Below are positions 27,323-36,201 of a stretch of DNA of 64,000 bases, in pieces. The notes under the pieces are model-generated. The model was not told the origin of the DNA and did not search any database. It worked only from the letters and a program-made list of their open reading frames with translations. The position numbers were made by a program, and so were the translations under genes. Position 1 is the first letter of the stretch. Each line of letters starts with the position of its first letter. Origin of the DNA: Candidatus Sericytochromatia bacterium (GTDB taxonomy: Bacteria > Cyanobacteriota > Sericytochromatia > S15B-MN24 > UBA4093); assembly GCA_036676985.1 (NCBI GenBank), contig JAKFBU010000026.1:1-64000 (forward strand), in the 5' to 3' direction.

Positions 27323-27583
27323 ATGGCCAAGACCATCAGCCGCGATCAGGTATTCCAGTCGTTGACGGGCAGCGTGACGCCCGAGTCGGCGGAGCACCTC
27401 TTCCATCTGTCGCTGCAGGCGACCGGCCTACAGGACAAGGCGTCCTTCACGCCGGATGAGGTCCTGTCGCTCTCGAACGCCATGATGGACCATGCCCTCA
27501 AGATGCTCGAGGATGCCGAGCAGGAGCTCTTCGAGGCCGACTTCTTCGGGCCGACCATCGAGGGGACAGGGCCCCTGTCCTAG
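27323..27583 (+). CDS. Small acidic helical hypothetical protein
   Basis: RBS then ATG 27323; followed by a terminator hairpin. Confidence 0.65.
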   Translation: MAKTISRDQVFQSLTGSVTPESAEHLFHLSLQATGLQDKASFTPDEVLSLSNAMMDHALKMLEDAEQELFEADFFGPTIEGTGPLS

Positions 27584-27594
27584 ACACGAACCTG

Positions 27595-27631
27595 ACGGGC
27601 CCCCGGAAGACTTCCGGGGGCCCGTTCGTTT
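27595..27631 (+). terminator. Intrinsic terminator
   Basis: ACGGGCCCCCGGAA-gac-TTCCGGGGGCCCGT then TCGTTT. Confidence 0.75.
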
Positions 27632-27765
27632 GACCGGTCGTTAACAAAGCCGCAACACGGTTTGTCCGCACGACAAATTTCGATTCGGTGTCTGTTAAAG
27701 GGCACAGCGATCGGCGGATCGGAGGGCATAAGGTTTCTGTTGGTAAATTCGGAGGAGGAACGGCA

Positions 27766-28470
27766 ATGCGTTTGACGGATGGGATTGGAGCAGGCGTCAA
27801 CCTCTCGGTGCAAGGCACCCGCGACGCGCGCCTGGCTGCTGCCAATGCTCGTACTGCTGTCAACGACACGGTCAACGTCGTCAACGACGTCCGCAAGAAA
27901 ATCGGGGATACGCGCGAGCTCACCAAGATCGCGACCACGGGCTCGCTCGCCAAGGGGCTCGGCATCGCGGGCGTGGCCTCTGCCGTCGCCGGCTTCGGCA
28001 TGGCCGCCAAGAAGGGCGACATCAACGGCATGATCGGCTCGCTGAGCGATTTGGCCAGCAGCATGACCGCCACCTTGGACGTCTTCAAGAAGTTTCCGGG
28101 CGCCGTCGAGCTGCTCAAGAAGGTCGGCGGCCCCGTCGCCATCGTCGGCGGCATCACCTCGGCCATCGGCACGCTCAAGGACATGCAGAAGAACGGGGTG
28201 GACCCCGGCAAGCTGGCGAAGCTCGGCAGCAACGTGCTCACGAGCGTGGCGGGCGTCGCGATGATGATTCCCGGCGGCCAGGTGGTCGCGGCGGCGGCGG
28301 GTGCTGCCTCGGCGGCCCTCTCGCTGGGCTCGCTCGCCTACAAGTACAAGGACGAGATCGCGGGCGCCGCCAAGAATGCCGCCAACTGGGTGGGCGACAA
28401 GGCGGGCGACGTCGGCAACGCCATCTCGGGCGGAGCCAAGAAGGCCTGGAACTCGCTATTCGGAGGATGA
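27766..28470 (+). CDS. Gly/Ala-rich helical hypothetical protein with hydrophobic hairpin
   Basis: GGAGGAGG RBS, strong codon bias, own terminator; ends KKAWNSLFGG. Confidence 0.75.
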   Translation: MRLTDGIGAGVNLSVQGTRDARLAAANARTAVNDTVNVVNDVRKKIGDTRELTKIATTGSLAKGLGIAGVASAVAGFGMAAKKGDINGMIGSLSDLASSMTATLDVFKKFPGAVELLKKVGGPVAIVGGITSAIGTLKDMQKNGVDPGKLAKLGSNVLTSVAGVAMMIPGGQVVAAAAGAASAALSLGSLAYKYKDEIAGAAKNAANWVGDKAGDVGNAISGGAKKAWNSLFGG

Positions 28471-28472
28471 TG

Positions 28473-28507
28473 AAGGGCCCCCGCCGAGCGGCGGGGGCCC
28501 TTTTTTT
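28473..28507 (+). terminator. Intrinsic terminator
   Basis: AAGGGCCCCCGCC-gagc-GGCGGGGGCCC-TTTTTTT. Confidence 0.85.
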
Positions 28508-28686
28508 AAGGAACCGTTCGCCCCTTCGACAGGCTCAGGACGAACGGATGGTTGAGGATGGTTCGAGTCACCTTCCCCTTGTCTTGAAAGGCTCGAGTGG
28601 CGATCCCTTGGCTTGAGCGCCGATCCCTTGAGACCCACAACAAAACCGGTCACCCTGAGGCTCTCGAAGGGCGAACGGTTCCTTAA
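28506..28686. mobile_element. MITE/REP-like element with ~41-bp imperfect terminal inverted repeats bounded by TTAA
   Basis: Left TTAAGGAACCGTTCGCCCCTTCGACAGGCTCAGGACGAACGG; reverse complement of right end TTAAGGAACCGTTCGCCCTTCGAGAGCCTCAGGGTGACCGG. Confidence 0.75.
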
Positions 28687-28711
28687 GCGCATGTCGCAGG
28701 GAGGCTTAAGT

Positions 28712-29248
28712 CTAGGAGACGATGAAAAGGGCCATGAACAGGAGGGGCGTGCCGATGAGGGCGCCGAGCCCCATCACGGCGAGCAGGCCCGCCCCGAAGA
28801 CACAAACGGACGCGCGCGCGAGGCTCAGGCGATGCGCCTGGGCCACGGCCCGGACCAGGCTCACGACGATCCACAACGAGACGACGAGGCCGAGGATGCC
28901 CGACAGGCGGTCGAAGCGATCGCTCAACGCCGACAAGGGGCCGAACAATAGAGCCGGCCAGAAGGCCGCGGCGATGGCCCCCATGGTCTCGGGGCCGCTC
29001 CCTTGCCCGCCCTGCAGCTCCGCCAGCAGGGTCGTGGCCGCCGACAGGAAGAACCACGCGAGCAGGTAGATCCCCGCGCAGGTCAAGGTGGCGAGGACCA
29101 TTCCGGCCGCACCCAGCCCGAGCCGGCCGGCCCAGGCGAGGCCCGTGAGCAGGCTCAAGAGCAAGACGAGAACCCACCCGGTGGTGACGGTCAGGGGGAG
29201 GAGAGGCTGTCGCGGCCGAAAGAGCGTCTGGTACAGCGAGTCGAGCAT
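28712..29248 (-). CDS. Yip1-like integral membrane protein
   Basis: About five TM segments, LYQTLFRP N-terminus; coupled to sppA. Confidence 0.65.
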   Translation of the reverse strand: MLDSLYQTLFRPRQPLLPLTVTTGWVLVLLLSLLTGLAWAGRLGLGAAGMVLATLTCAGIYLLAWFFLSAATTLLAELQGGQGSGPETMGAIAAAFWPALLFGPLSALSDRFDRLSGILGLVVSLWIVVSLVRAVAQAHRLSLARASVCVFGAGLLAVMGLGALIGTPLLFMALFIVS

Positions 29249-29252
29249 CGGC

Positions 29253-30191
29253 CTACTCCAGGAGCGTCAGGGGCAGCTTGTTCCAGCTGGCTCCCGCACT
29301 GGCCCCGAGGAGGCTGGAGAGCTTGGACTCGAGCTTCGGGAAAAGGCCCTCGAAGAGGCTCTCGCTCGTGTAGTTGCGGACCTTGGGCTTCCCCTTGATG
29401 CCGGTCAGCGAGGCCGTCTTGAGGATGGCGTCCTCGTAGTTGCCGAGGCTGTCCACCAGGCCCACCTTGAGCGCCTGCTCGCCGGTGAAGACCCGGCCGT
29501 CCGCCAGCGGGCGCAGCTTCTCGACGGGCATCTTGCGGCCGGCCACGATGGCCTCCAGGAACTGGCGGTAGGTGTCGTCGACCAGACCCTGCAGGAGCGT
29601 GCGCTCATCGGGGGCCATGGGGCGGAAGGGCGAGAGGATGTCCTTGCGCGGGCCGCTCTTGATGGTGGTGGTGTCGACGCCGATCTTGTCGAAGAGCTTC
29701 TCGACGTTCTGGAGGTGCAGGATGACGCCGATGGAGCCCGTGGTGGTGGCGGGGTTGGCCACGATGTGGTCCGAGGCGGCCGCGATGTAGTAGCCGCCCG
29801 AGGCCGCCATGTCGCCCATGGTCGTGACGACCTTGATCTTGCCCGCCTTGCGAACCCGCATGAGCTCGTTGTAGACCATCTGCGAGGCCGCGGCCGTGCC
29901 GCCGGGCGAATTGATGCGCATGAGGAGGGCCTTCACGCCGTCCGCTTCGGCCTCCCGGATGGCCCGGATGAGGCGGATGGCGCCCGCGCCCGAGGAGCCG
30001 AAGACGTCCTCGCCGGGCTTGGCGTCCGAGATGGCCCCGTACACGTCGATCATGGCGATCTCGGCCTCGCCCGGCTCCGACAAGTCCGCCGCCGGCATCC
30101 CCCGGTCGCGATCGCCCGTCCACCAGGCGGTGGCCGCGGCGACGATCGTCGCGACGATGAGCGTGAGGGCGAGAATCCGGTCGACGCGCAT
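29253..30191 (-). CDS. sppA: Signal peptide peptidase SppA (36K type)
   Basis: RINSPGG, MAASGGYYIA, TTTGSIGV, KSG..KD, ADGRVFTGEQA..GLVD. Confidence 0.95.
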   Translation of the reverse strand: MRVDRILALTLIVATIVAAATAWWTGDRDRGMPAADLSEPGEAEIAMIDVYGAISDAKPGEDVFGSSGAGAIRLIRAIREAEADGVKALLMRINSPGGTAAASQMVYNELMRVRKAGKIKVVTTMGDMAASGGYYIAAASDHIVANPATTTGSIGVILHLQNVEKLFDKIGVDTTTIKSGPRKDILSPFRPMAPDERTLLQGLVDDTYRQFLEAIVAGRKMPVEKLRPLADGRVFTGEQALKVGLVDSLGNYEDAILKTASLTGIKGKPKVRNYTSESLFEGLFPKLESKLSSLLGASAGASWNKLPLTLLE

Positions 30192-30322
30192 GAAAGCCTC
30201 CAAGCAAGGGAACGTCGGATTCTAGCACGCGGGGTCCATGCTGGCCATTCGCCCGGCCTTGGCTATAATAAGGAGGCAATCCCCCGCGATTGGCCCGCCA
30301 TCGGTATAGGAGCGCCCTCGAT

Positions 30323-30910
30323 TTGAAACGACCCGCCGTATTCCTCGATCGCGACGGAACCATCAACGAAGAAGTCGGCTACATCCACGACGCCCAGAAG
30401 CTGGTCCTGATTCCCGGCGCGGCCGAAGCGATCCGCCGCCTCAACGAGGCGGGCATCCTTGCCATCCTCGTGACCAACCAGTCGGGCCCCGCGCGCGGCT
30501 ACTACCCGGAGAGCCACATCGGCACGCTGCACCAGCGCCTGAACGATCTGCTCCTCGAGGAGGGCGCCTTCCTCGACGATCTCTATTACTGCCCGCACCT
30601 GCCCGACGGCACCGATCCGCGCTACTCCTTCGAGTGCCAGTGCCGCAAGCCCGGCACCCAGATGGTCGACCAGGCGAGCGAGAAGCACGACGTGGACCGG
30701 AGCCTCTCCTACGTGGTGGGCGACAAGGCCACCGACGTGGAGCTCGGCCAGAATGCCGGCTGCAAGAGCGTGCTCTTGACCTCCGGCTACGGCGAGCGCG
30801 TCCTCAAGGGCGAGTACCAGTGGAAGGTCGAGCCCGATCACGTGGCCCCGACGCTGCTTTCGGCCGTGGAGTGGATCCTGGCCGACCTCGAAAGCCGCCG
30901 TGGGGCGTAG
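30323..30910 (+). CDS. gmhB: HAD-IIIA phosphatase, heptose-1,7-bisphosphate phosphatase GmhB-like
   Basis: AVFLDRDGTIN, VTNQSG, YYCPH..C.CRKP, VGDK..D; TTG start. Confidence 0.85.
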   Translation: MKRPAVFLDRDGTINEEVGYIHDAQKLVLIPGAAEAIRRLNEAGILAILVTNQSGPARGYYPESHIGTLHQRLNDLLLEEGAFLDDLYYCPHLPDGTDPRYSFECQCRKPGTQMVDQASEKHDVDRSLSYVVGDKATDVELGQNAGCKSVLLTSGYGERVLKGEYQWKVEPDHVAPTLLSAVEWILADLESRRGA

Positions 30911-32453
30911 CCTCGCCCGCGCCACCAGCCTCATGGCCGTCCTGCTCCTGGTGAGCAAGGGGGCGGGCTTCCTGCGCGAGGTGGCGGTGGCGAACGCCTA
31001 CGGGGCGGGCATCGTCAAGGACGCCAACACGATCGCCTACATCCTGCCGGCCCTGTTCCTGATCCTGCTCGGCGGCCTGAACGGTCCTTTCCATCTCTCG
31101 ACCATGCGCTCGGTGACGAGCCTCCGGACCGAGGGCCGCGACGCCGAGATCCCGGGCGTGCTCCTGACGATCTTCCTGGCGACCGCCGCTCTGACGGGCC
31201 TGCTGGCACTGGCGGCCGCGCTCCTGGCCCCCTGGATCGTCCGGATCACGGGGCCCGGCCTCAGCCCCGAGGCCCAGGCGCTCGCCGTCACCAACCTCCA
31301 CATCATGGCGCCGCTCATCATGATCGGCGGCCTCATCGGCGTGCTGTGCGGCATCAGCAACGCCCGCGACAAGTTCACCAACTCGAGCCTCACGCCCATG
31401 GTCTCGAGCCTCGCGGTAATCGGCGTCGTGCTCGTGACCTCGTCGCCCACGGCCATCGCCTGGGGCACGCTCGCAGGGGCCGTCGGTCAGCTGCTCTTGC
31501 AGGCCGTGCCGGTGGCCCAGGACTGGCGCGAGATCACGGGCGGCGCGCCCGTGCGCCCGGTGCCCCTGAACCACCCGGCCTTCCTCGACATGCTGCGCAT
31601 GCTCGTGCCCGCGGGCCTCTCGAGCTCGGTGGGGACGCTGAACGTCGCGATCGCCTCGGCCTTCTGCTCCGGCCTGCCGGAGGGCTCCATCAGCGCCTTC
31701 AACTACTCCAACCAGCTCATCCAGCTGCCCCTGGGCATCCTGCTCACGGCCCTGTTGGTGCCCATGTTCCCGCGCCTGACGGAGGCCGCGACCGCGGGCG
31801 ATCGCGCCAGCCTGTTCGGTTGGCTCAACCGGGGCGTGCAGTCCATCGCGCTCGTCATCCTGCCCGTCACGGGGCTCGCCATCGTGCTCGGCGAGGCGGC
31901 CGTGCGCCTGGTCTTCGAGCACGGGCAGTTCGACGCCCAGGACACCCGCCAGACCGCGACCGTCCTCTCCATCGTGGCCCTCTCCATGCTCGCCTACGGG
32001 ACGCGCGACCTCTTCACGCGGGTCTTCTACGCTCAGAACAAGAGCCGCACTCCGCTCCTGGTCACCGTCGTCTCCATCGGCACGACGCTCGTCTTCAACG
32101 CTGTGCTGGTCCGTTACCAGCTCGCGGGCCTCGCATGGGCGACGACCCTCGTGACGGTCGGGAACCTCCTCTTGCTGGGCTACTTCCTGCGCCGCGACCT
32201 GGGGACGCTCGGCCTCGGGCCGAGCGTGGGCACGATCGTGAAGGCCTTCGTCGCGGCCGGAGCCTGTGCGGGCCTCGCCTACCTCGCCAAGGGGTTCGTG
32301 CCCTTCCCGGGACAGCTCGGCGCGCTCGTCCAGTTGTTGGGCGGCGGGGTGGTCGGTCTCGGGGCCTACGTCATCCTCCTGCTGCTGTTGCGCGTCCCCG
32401 CCCTGGAGCTCTTGCGCCGGAGGAGGACGCCCCCCGTGGCCGTCGCGGAGTGA
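30900..32453 (+). CDS. murJ: Lipid II flippase MurJ (MviN)
   Basis: SK.AGFLRE..VA..YGAG, LLGGLNGPFH, QLPLG, RVFYA....TP; many TMs. Confidence 0.93.
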   Translation: MGRSLARATSLMAVLLLVSKGAGFLREVAVANAYGAGIVKDANTIAYILPALFLILLGGLNGPFHLSTMRSVTSLRTEGRDAEIPGVLLTIFLATAALTGLLALAAALLAPWIVRITGPGLSPEAQALAVTNLHIMAPLIMIGGLIGVLCGISNARDKFTNSSLTPMVSSLAVIGVVLVTSSPTAIAWGTLAGAVGQLLLQAVPVAQDWREITGGAPVRPVPLNHPAFLDMLRMLVPAGLSSSVGTLNVAIASAFCSGLPEGSISAFNYSNQLIQLPLGILLTALLVPMFPRLTEAATAGDRASLFGWLNRGVQSIALVILPVTGLAIVLGEAAVRLVFEHGQFDAQDTRQTATVLSIVALSMLAYGTRDLFTRVFYAQNKSRTPLLVTVVSIGTTLVFNAVLVRYQLAGLAWATTLVTVGNLLLLGYFLRRDLGTLGLGPSVGTIVKAFVAAGACAGLAYLAKGFVPFPGQLGALVQLLGGGVVGLGAYVILLLLLRVPALELLRRRRTPPVAVAE

Positions 32454-32566
32454 GCCTGACCATTTCGAGGTTCGTTGGGTATAATGGGGAGGCTCCGCCC
32501 CCTGGCGGAGCGCCCGGCGTCGCCGGTCCTTCCCACCTGCCAGCACTCTCAGAAAGGTAGCGGGAC

Positions 32567-33415
32567 TTGTCGAACCTTACGTTGCTGGAGGGCAATATTG
32601 CCTCCATCAGCTTCCCCAACCTCGTTCAGCTGATCAAGTTGGAGCAGAAGACGGCCAAGCTCGAGCTCTCGCGCGTCGAGATCGGTCAGTCGGCGGACAT
32701 GTACTTCGTCGGCGGCAACCTCAAGTACGCGGCGGTCAACGCCCTGCGTGGCGAGGAGGCCATGTTCCGGATCATCTGCTGGTGGAAGACCGGGACGTTC
32801 CGGGTGCTCGAGATCTCGCAGGACGAGGTTCCCGAGTCCAACATCAACCGTCAGATCGACTGGGTCCTGCTCGAAGGCATGCGCCGCATGGACGAGTGCC
32901 ACCACTACAAGGGCATCGTCCAGGACCTCACCAGCGCCATCTCCTACACCCAGGACGCCCTCGACGCCTTCCAGTGGGACCGTGCCGAGCCGCCCGAGTG
33001 GATCCCGCACTGGATGCGCAAGCTGCCCCGCTCCTTCACCCTGGCCCAGTTCTTCGAGCAGTCGAACCTGGGCGAGATGGAGACCTGCGCGGCCCTCAAG
33101 AGCCTGCTCTACACGGGAGCCGCGGTGGCCCACGGCGCGGACTCGGGGCCCGATCTGGCCTCGGCGCCGATCCAGCGCACGCGCTTCGACTCGTTCGCGC
33201 TCATCGTCATGGAGTACGTGGGCTACGAGGTCGCCAACAACCTGGTGGAGAGCGCCTGTCAGGAGATGGGCCTGATGGACCTCGAGAACGTCACCTTCGG
33301 TCAGATGGTCGACCTCTCGGACCGCCTCGGCATGGCCATCTCGCGCATGGTGGGCTTCGATCAGGGTCAGGAGTGCATGCGCAAGCTGCGGGCCCGCATC
33401 ACGAGCCTGCTCTAA
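32567..33415 (+). CDS. DUF4388 (PATAN-like) domain protein
   Basis: LEGNI...FPNLVQLI..EQKTA.L, YF.GG.L.YA, GEEA....W..GTF, LLEGMRRMDE. Confidence 0.75.
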   Translation: MSNLTLLEGNIASISFPNLVQLIKLEQKTAKLELSRVEIGQSADMYFVGGNLKYAAVNALRGEEAMFRIICWWKTGTFRVLEISQDEVPESNINRQIDWVLLEGMRRMDECHHYKGIVQDLTSAISYTQDALDAFQWDRAEPPEWIPHWMRKLPRSFTLAQFFEQSNLGEMETCAALKSLLYTGAAVAHGADSGPDLASAPIQRTRFDSFALIVMEYVGYEVANNLVESACQEMGLMDLENVTFGQMVDLSDRLGMAISRMVGFDQGQECMRKLRARITSLL

Positions 33416-33434
33416 CTCCTCTTGTTCGACGCGA

Positions 33435-33470
33435 GCGGCCGGTTGGGACACCAACCGGCCGCATTTTTTT
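33435..33470 (+). terminator. Intrinsic terminator
   Basis: GCGGCCGGTTGG-gaca-CCAACCGGCCGC-ATTTTTTT. Confidence 0.85.
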
Positions 33471-33486
33471 CGGGGGAGCGGTCGGG

Positions 33487-33900
33487 TTAGAGCGGGTGGA
33501 GCAGCATGGCCCAGAAGGGGTCGAAGCGCTCCGGGGGGCGGATCGTGAGCACGTCGCCGTTGGTGCGGGCGCTGATCCGGTAGCCGCGGCGGTTGGCCAC
33601 GAACTCCGTGACCGTCCCCTCGAGCCGGTAGCCCTCGGGCAGGTCGTCGGTGTGGACGAGCAACTCCACGAGGGCCTCCAGGGTGGCGGCCTCCGGGTAG
33701 TGGTAGAAGTGCGCCGCGCGGTAGCCCTCGATGGCCGCCTGCAGGACCGTGAGGTCGTTGCGCAGCGCCATGGTCGCACTGGGCATGAGGATCGGCGCAG
33801 GCTCGACCACGCCCGGCTTCTCGGCCGGTGGCGGCACCTGAGCGGCGGCGGGCAGGATCAAGAGGGTCACGAACAGGGCTCCGGAGGCTAGAAAGCGCAT
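33487..33900 (-). CDS. Exported hypothetical protein (weak pseudopilin-like helix)
   Basis: Signal peptide; DL..LQAAIE.Y......YP pattern. Confidence 0.6.
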   Translation of the reverse strand: MRFLASGALFVTLLILPAAAQVPPPAEKPGVVEPAPILMPSATMALRNDLTVLQAAIEGYRAAHFYHYPEAATLEALVELLVHTDDLPEGYRLEGTVTEFVANRRGYRISARTNGDVLTIRPPERFDPFWAMLLHPL

Positions 33901-34113
33901 GGGATCCTCCTCGCACGGACGGCCATGCCCCTACCCTAGGTGCTCCTTCCGGGCGCGGCTTCGGCACCCTGGCCAAGCCTGCTCGGGCATTTGGCCGAAA
34001 CCGCGGAGCCATGCCGCTTGCCGCATTCGAGCGGCCTTTGCTATAGTGGTGAAGTTTCGCGTCTGGGGCAACCGCCGGGCCGAAACGCGCATCCCCCAGA
34101 CGAGGAGATCATC

Positions 34114-35553
34114 GTGAGCGTGATCAGCAACGAGAAGGGCGCGAGCAGCAGCCTGCTCAGCCGCCTGTTGGTTCGTAAGCCCCTGCCGGACGAGAGTGCC
34201 AGCTCCGGGCTGAAGAAGGTACTCGGCCCCATCGACCTGACGATGCTCGGCATCGGGGCGATCATCGGGACGGGCATCTTCGTCATCACCGGCTCGGCCG
34301 CCGCCAAGTGGGCGGGCCCCGGCATCATCATTTCCTTCATCATCGCCGGCATCGCCTGCGCGTTCGCGGCCATGGCCTACGCCGAGGTCGCCTCGATGAT
34401 CCCGGCCTCGGGCTCGGCCTACACCTACGCCTACAGCGCCTTCGGCGAGATCTTCGCCTGGGTCATCGGGTGGGCGCTCATCTTGGAATACGTGGTGGCC
34501 TCAGCGGCCGTCTCAATCGGGTGGAGCGGGTACTTCGTCAAGATCCTCCACAACGTGGGCATCGAGATACCGGCGGCCTTCGCCAACGCCCCGGGCGTGG
34601 TGCCGGGGGCCGTCGTGAACGTCCCGGCGATCGCCATCGCGCTCACGGTGACGGCCATCCTGATCCGGGGCGTCAAGGAGAGCGCCAACGTCAACGCCCT
34701 CTTCGTGGCCCTCAAGATCCTCGTGCTCCTGATGTTCATCGCCCTGACGCTGGGCCACATCAACCCGGGCAACTGGCAGCCCTTCCTGCCCTACGGCTGG
34801 GGTGGCGTCTTCACCGGCGCGGCGACCATCTTCTTCGCCTACATCGGCTTCGACGCCATCTCGACGGCGGCCGAGGAGGTCAAGAACCCGCAGCGCGACC
34901 TGCCCATCGGCCTCATCGCGAGCCTCCTGGTCTGCACCGTGTTCTACATCGTGATCGCGGCCATCTTCACGGGCATCATCCCGCAGTCGCTCTACCCCGC
35001 CCTCAAGGAGAACGCGGCGCCCTTGGCCTTCGCGCTCGACTACGTCGGCAAGGGCTGGGCGGCAGCACTGCTCTCGGTGGGCGCCGTCACGGGCATCACC
35101 TCGGTGCTCGTCGTCATGATGATGGGCCAGCCGCGCATCTTCTTCGCCATGGCGCGCGACGGCCTGATGCCCAAGGTCTTCACCACCGTGCACCCCAAGT
35201 TCGGCACGCCCGTGGTCACCACCGTCGTGACGGGCATCTGCGTGGCCATCCTGGCGGGCCTGACGCCCATCTCGATGGTGGCGGAGCTCGCCAACATCGG
35301 GACGCTCTTCGCCTTCATCCTGGTGGCGGTCGGGGCCTGGGTGCTGCGCTACACCCGTCCCGAGTGGAAGCGCGGCTTCCGCGTCCCGGGCATGCCCGTG
35401 GTGGCCATCGGCACGGTCCTGAGCTGCGGCTTCATGATGGCCAAGCTCCCCGCCTTGACCTGGCGCAACTTCCTGGCGTGGATGGCGATCGGCCTGGTGG
35501 GCTACTTCCTGTACGGCATCCGCAACAGCAACCTGGGCACCAGCAAGCCCTAG
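34114..35553 (+). CDS. APC-family amino acid permease
   Basis: LGIGAIIGTGIFV, YAE.ASMIP.SGSAYTY, FFAYIGFD, AEEVKNPQRD, MARDGL. Confidence 0.95.
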   Translation: MSVISNEKGASSSLLSRLLVRKPLPDESASSGLKKVLGPIDLTMLGIGAIIGTGIFVITGSAAAKWAGPGIIISFIIAGIACAFAAMAYAEVASMIPASGSAYTYAYSAFGEIFAWVIGWALILEYVVASAAVSIGWSGYFVKILHNVGIEIPAAFANAPGVVPGAVVNVPAIAIALTVTAILIRGVKESANVNALFVALKILVLLMFIALTLGHINPGNWQPFLPYGWGGVFTGAATIFFAYIGFDAISTAAEEVKNPQRDLPIGLIASLLVCTVFYIVIAAIFTGIIPQSLYPALKENAAPLAFALDYVGKGWAAALLSVGAVTGITSVLVVMMMGQPRIFFAMARDGLMPKVFTTVHPKFGTPVVTTVVTGICVAILAGLTPISMVAELANIGTLFAFILVAVGAWVLRYTRPEWKRGFRVPGMPVVAIGTVLSCGFMMAKLPALTWRNFLAWMAIGLVGYFLYGIRNSNLGTSKP

Positions 35554-35568
35554 CTCCGACACCCGCAG

Positions 35569-35597
35569 GCGGCGGCTGGCCACTGGCCAGCCGCCGC
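35569..35597. terminator. Hairpin between convergent genes
   Basis: GCGGCGGCTGGCC-act-GGCCAGCCGCCGC. Confidence 0.7.
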
Positions 35598-35610
35598 TTC
35601 TTGTTGGCTG

Positions 35611-35967
35611 CTAGAAGGTGGCCTCCAGCCGGTGCAGGAGCCCGGCCCGGCGGGCGTGATCCAGGACCTGGGGCGTGATCGTCTCGCCGGCGCGGACGAT
35701 GGCCTGACCCTGGCCGTCGCTCAAGGAGACCGTCGAGGTCTGGCCGACCATGTAGTCCTGGTGCGGCCGGGGCTCCAAGGGCTCCATGTCGCAGTACATG
35801 GTCTCGGCTTCGGTGTCGTCGGCCTCGGGGCCGAACTCGACGGCGATCCGCGCGATGCGTTGCGGGGGCTGGTCCAACACGACGCACTTGACCCGACCGA
35901 GCGTCTTGCCCGTGGCGTAGTCGCTCACCGGACACCCCAGCAGATCGAAGTCCAGAGGTCTCATCAC
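35611..35967 (-). CDS. PRC-barrel-like hypothetical protein
   Basis: LLG.PV.D..TGK.LG.V..VV.D; G..IVRAGETIT......A...G.L..L. Confidence 0.6.
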   Translation of the reverse strand: MMRPLDFDLLGCPVSDYATGKTLGRVKCVVLDQPPQRIARIAVEFGPEADDTEAETMYCDMEPLEPRPHQDYMVGQTSTVSLSDGQGQAIVRAGETITPQVLDHARRAGLLHRLEATF

Positions 35968-36201
35968 CCTGCGCTCCCCTGTTGTGGGACAGCGCCCCCG
36001 CGCCGCCCATGGCGATCCGGTGCTGATCCTATAGGCCGGGTCCCGGCAGCGACTAGGGCGCGATGGCCAAAGCCTTTGGAGATTCCCGAACCCCTGCCTG
36101 CGGGCATTTCTGGCTGCCGGGCCTTCTGGATGTTAGAATCAACACGGTTTTGACCCACCGATGGCTGCTTGCCTTCGGCCTATGACACGGGGAGGCCCCT
36201 C

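Noticed and set aside
27690-27725. Sigma28 promoter for the Gly/Ala-rich gene
   Set aside because: TAAA is present, but the -10 (GCGGATCG) and spacing match poorly.
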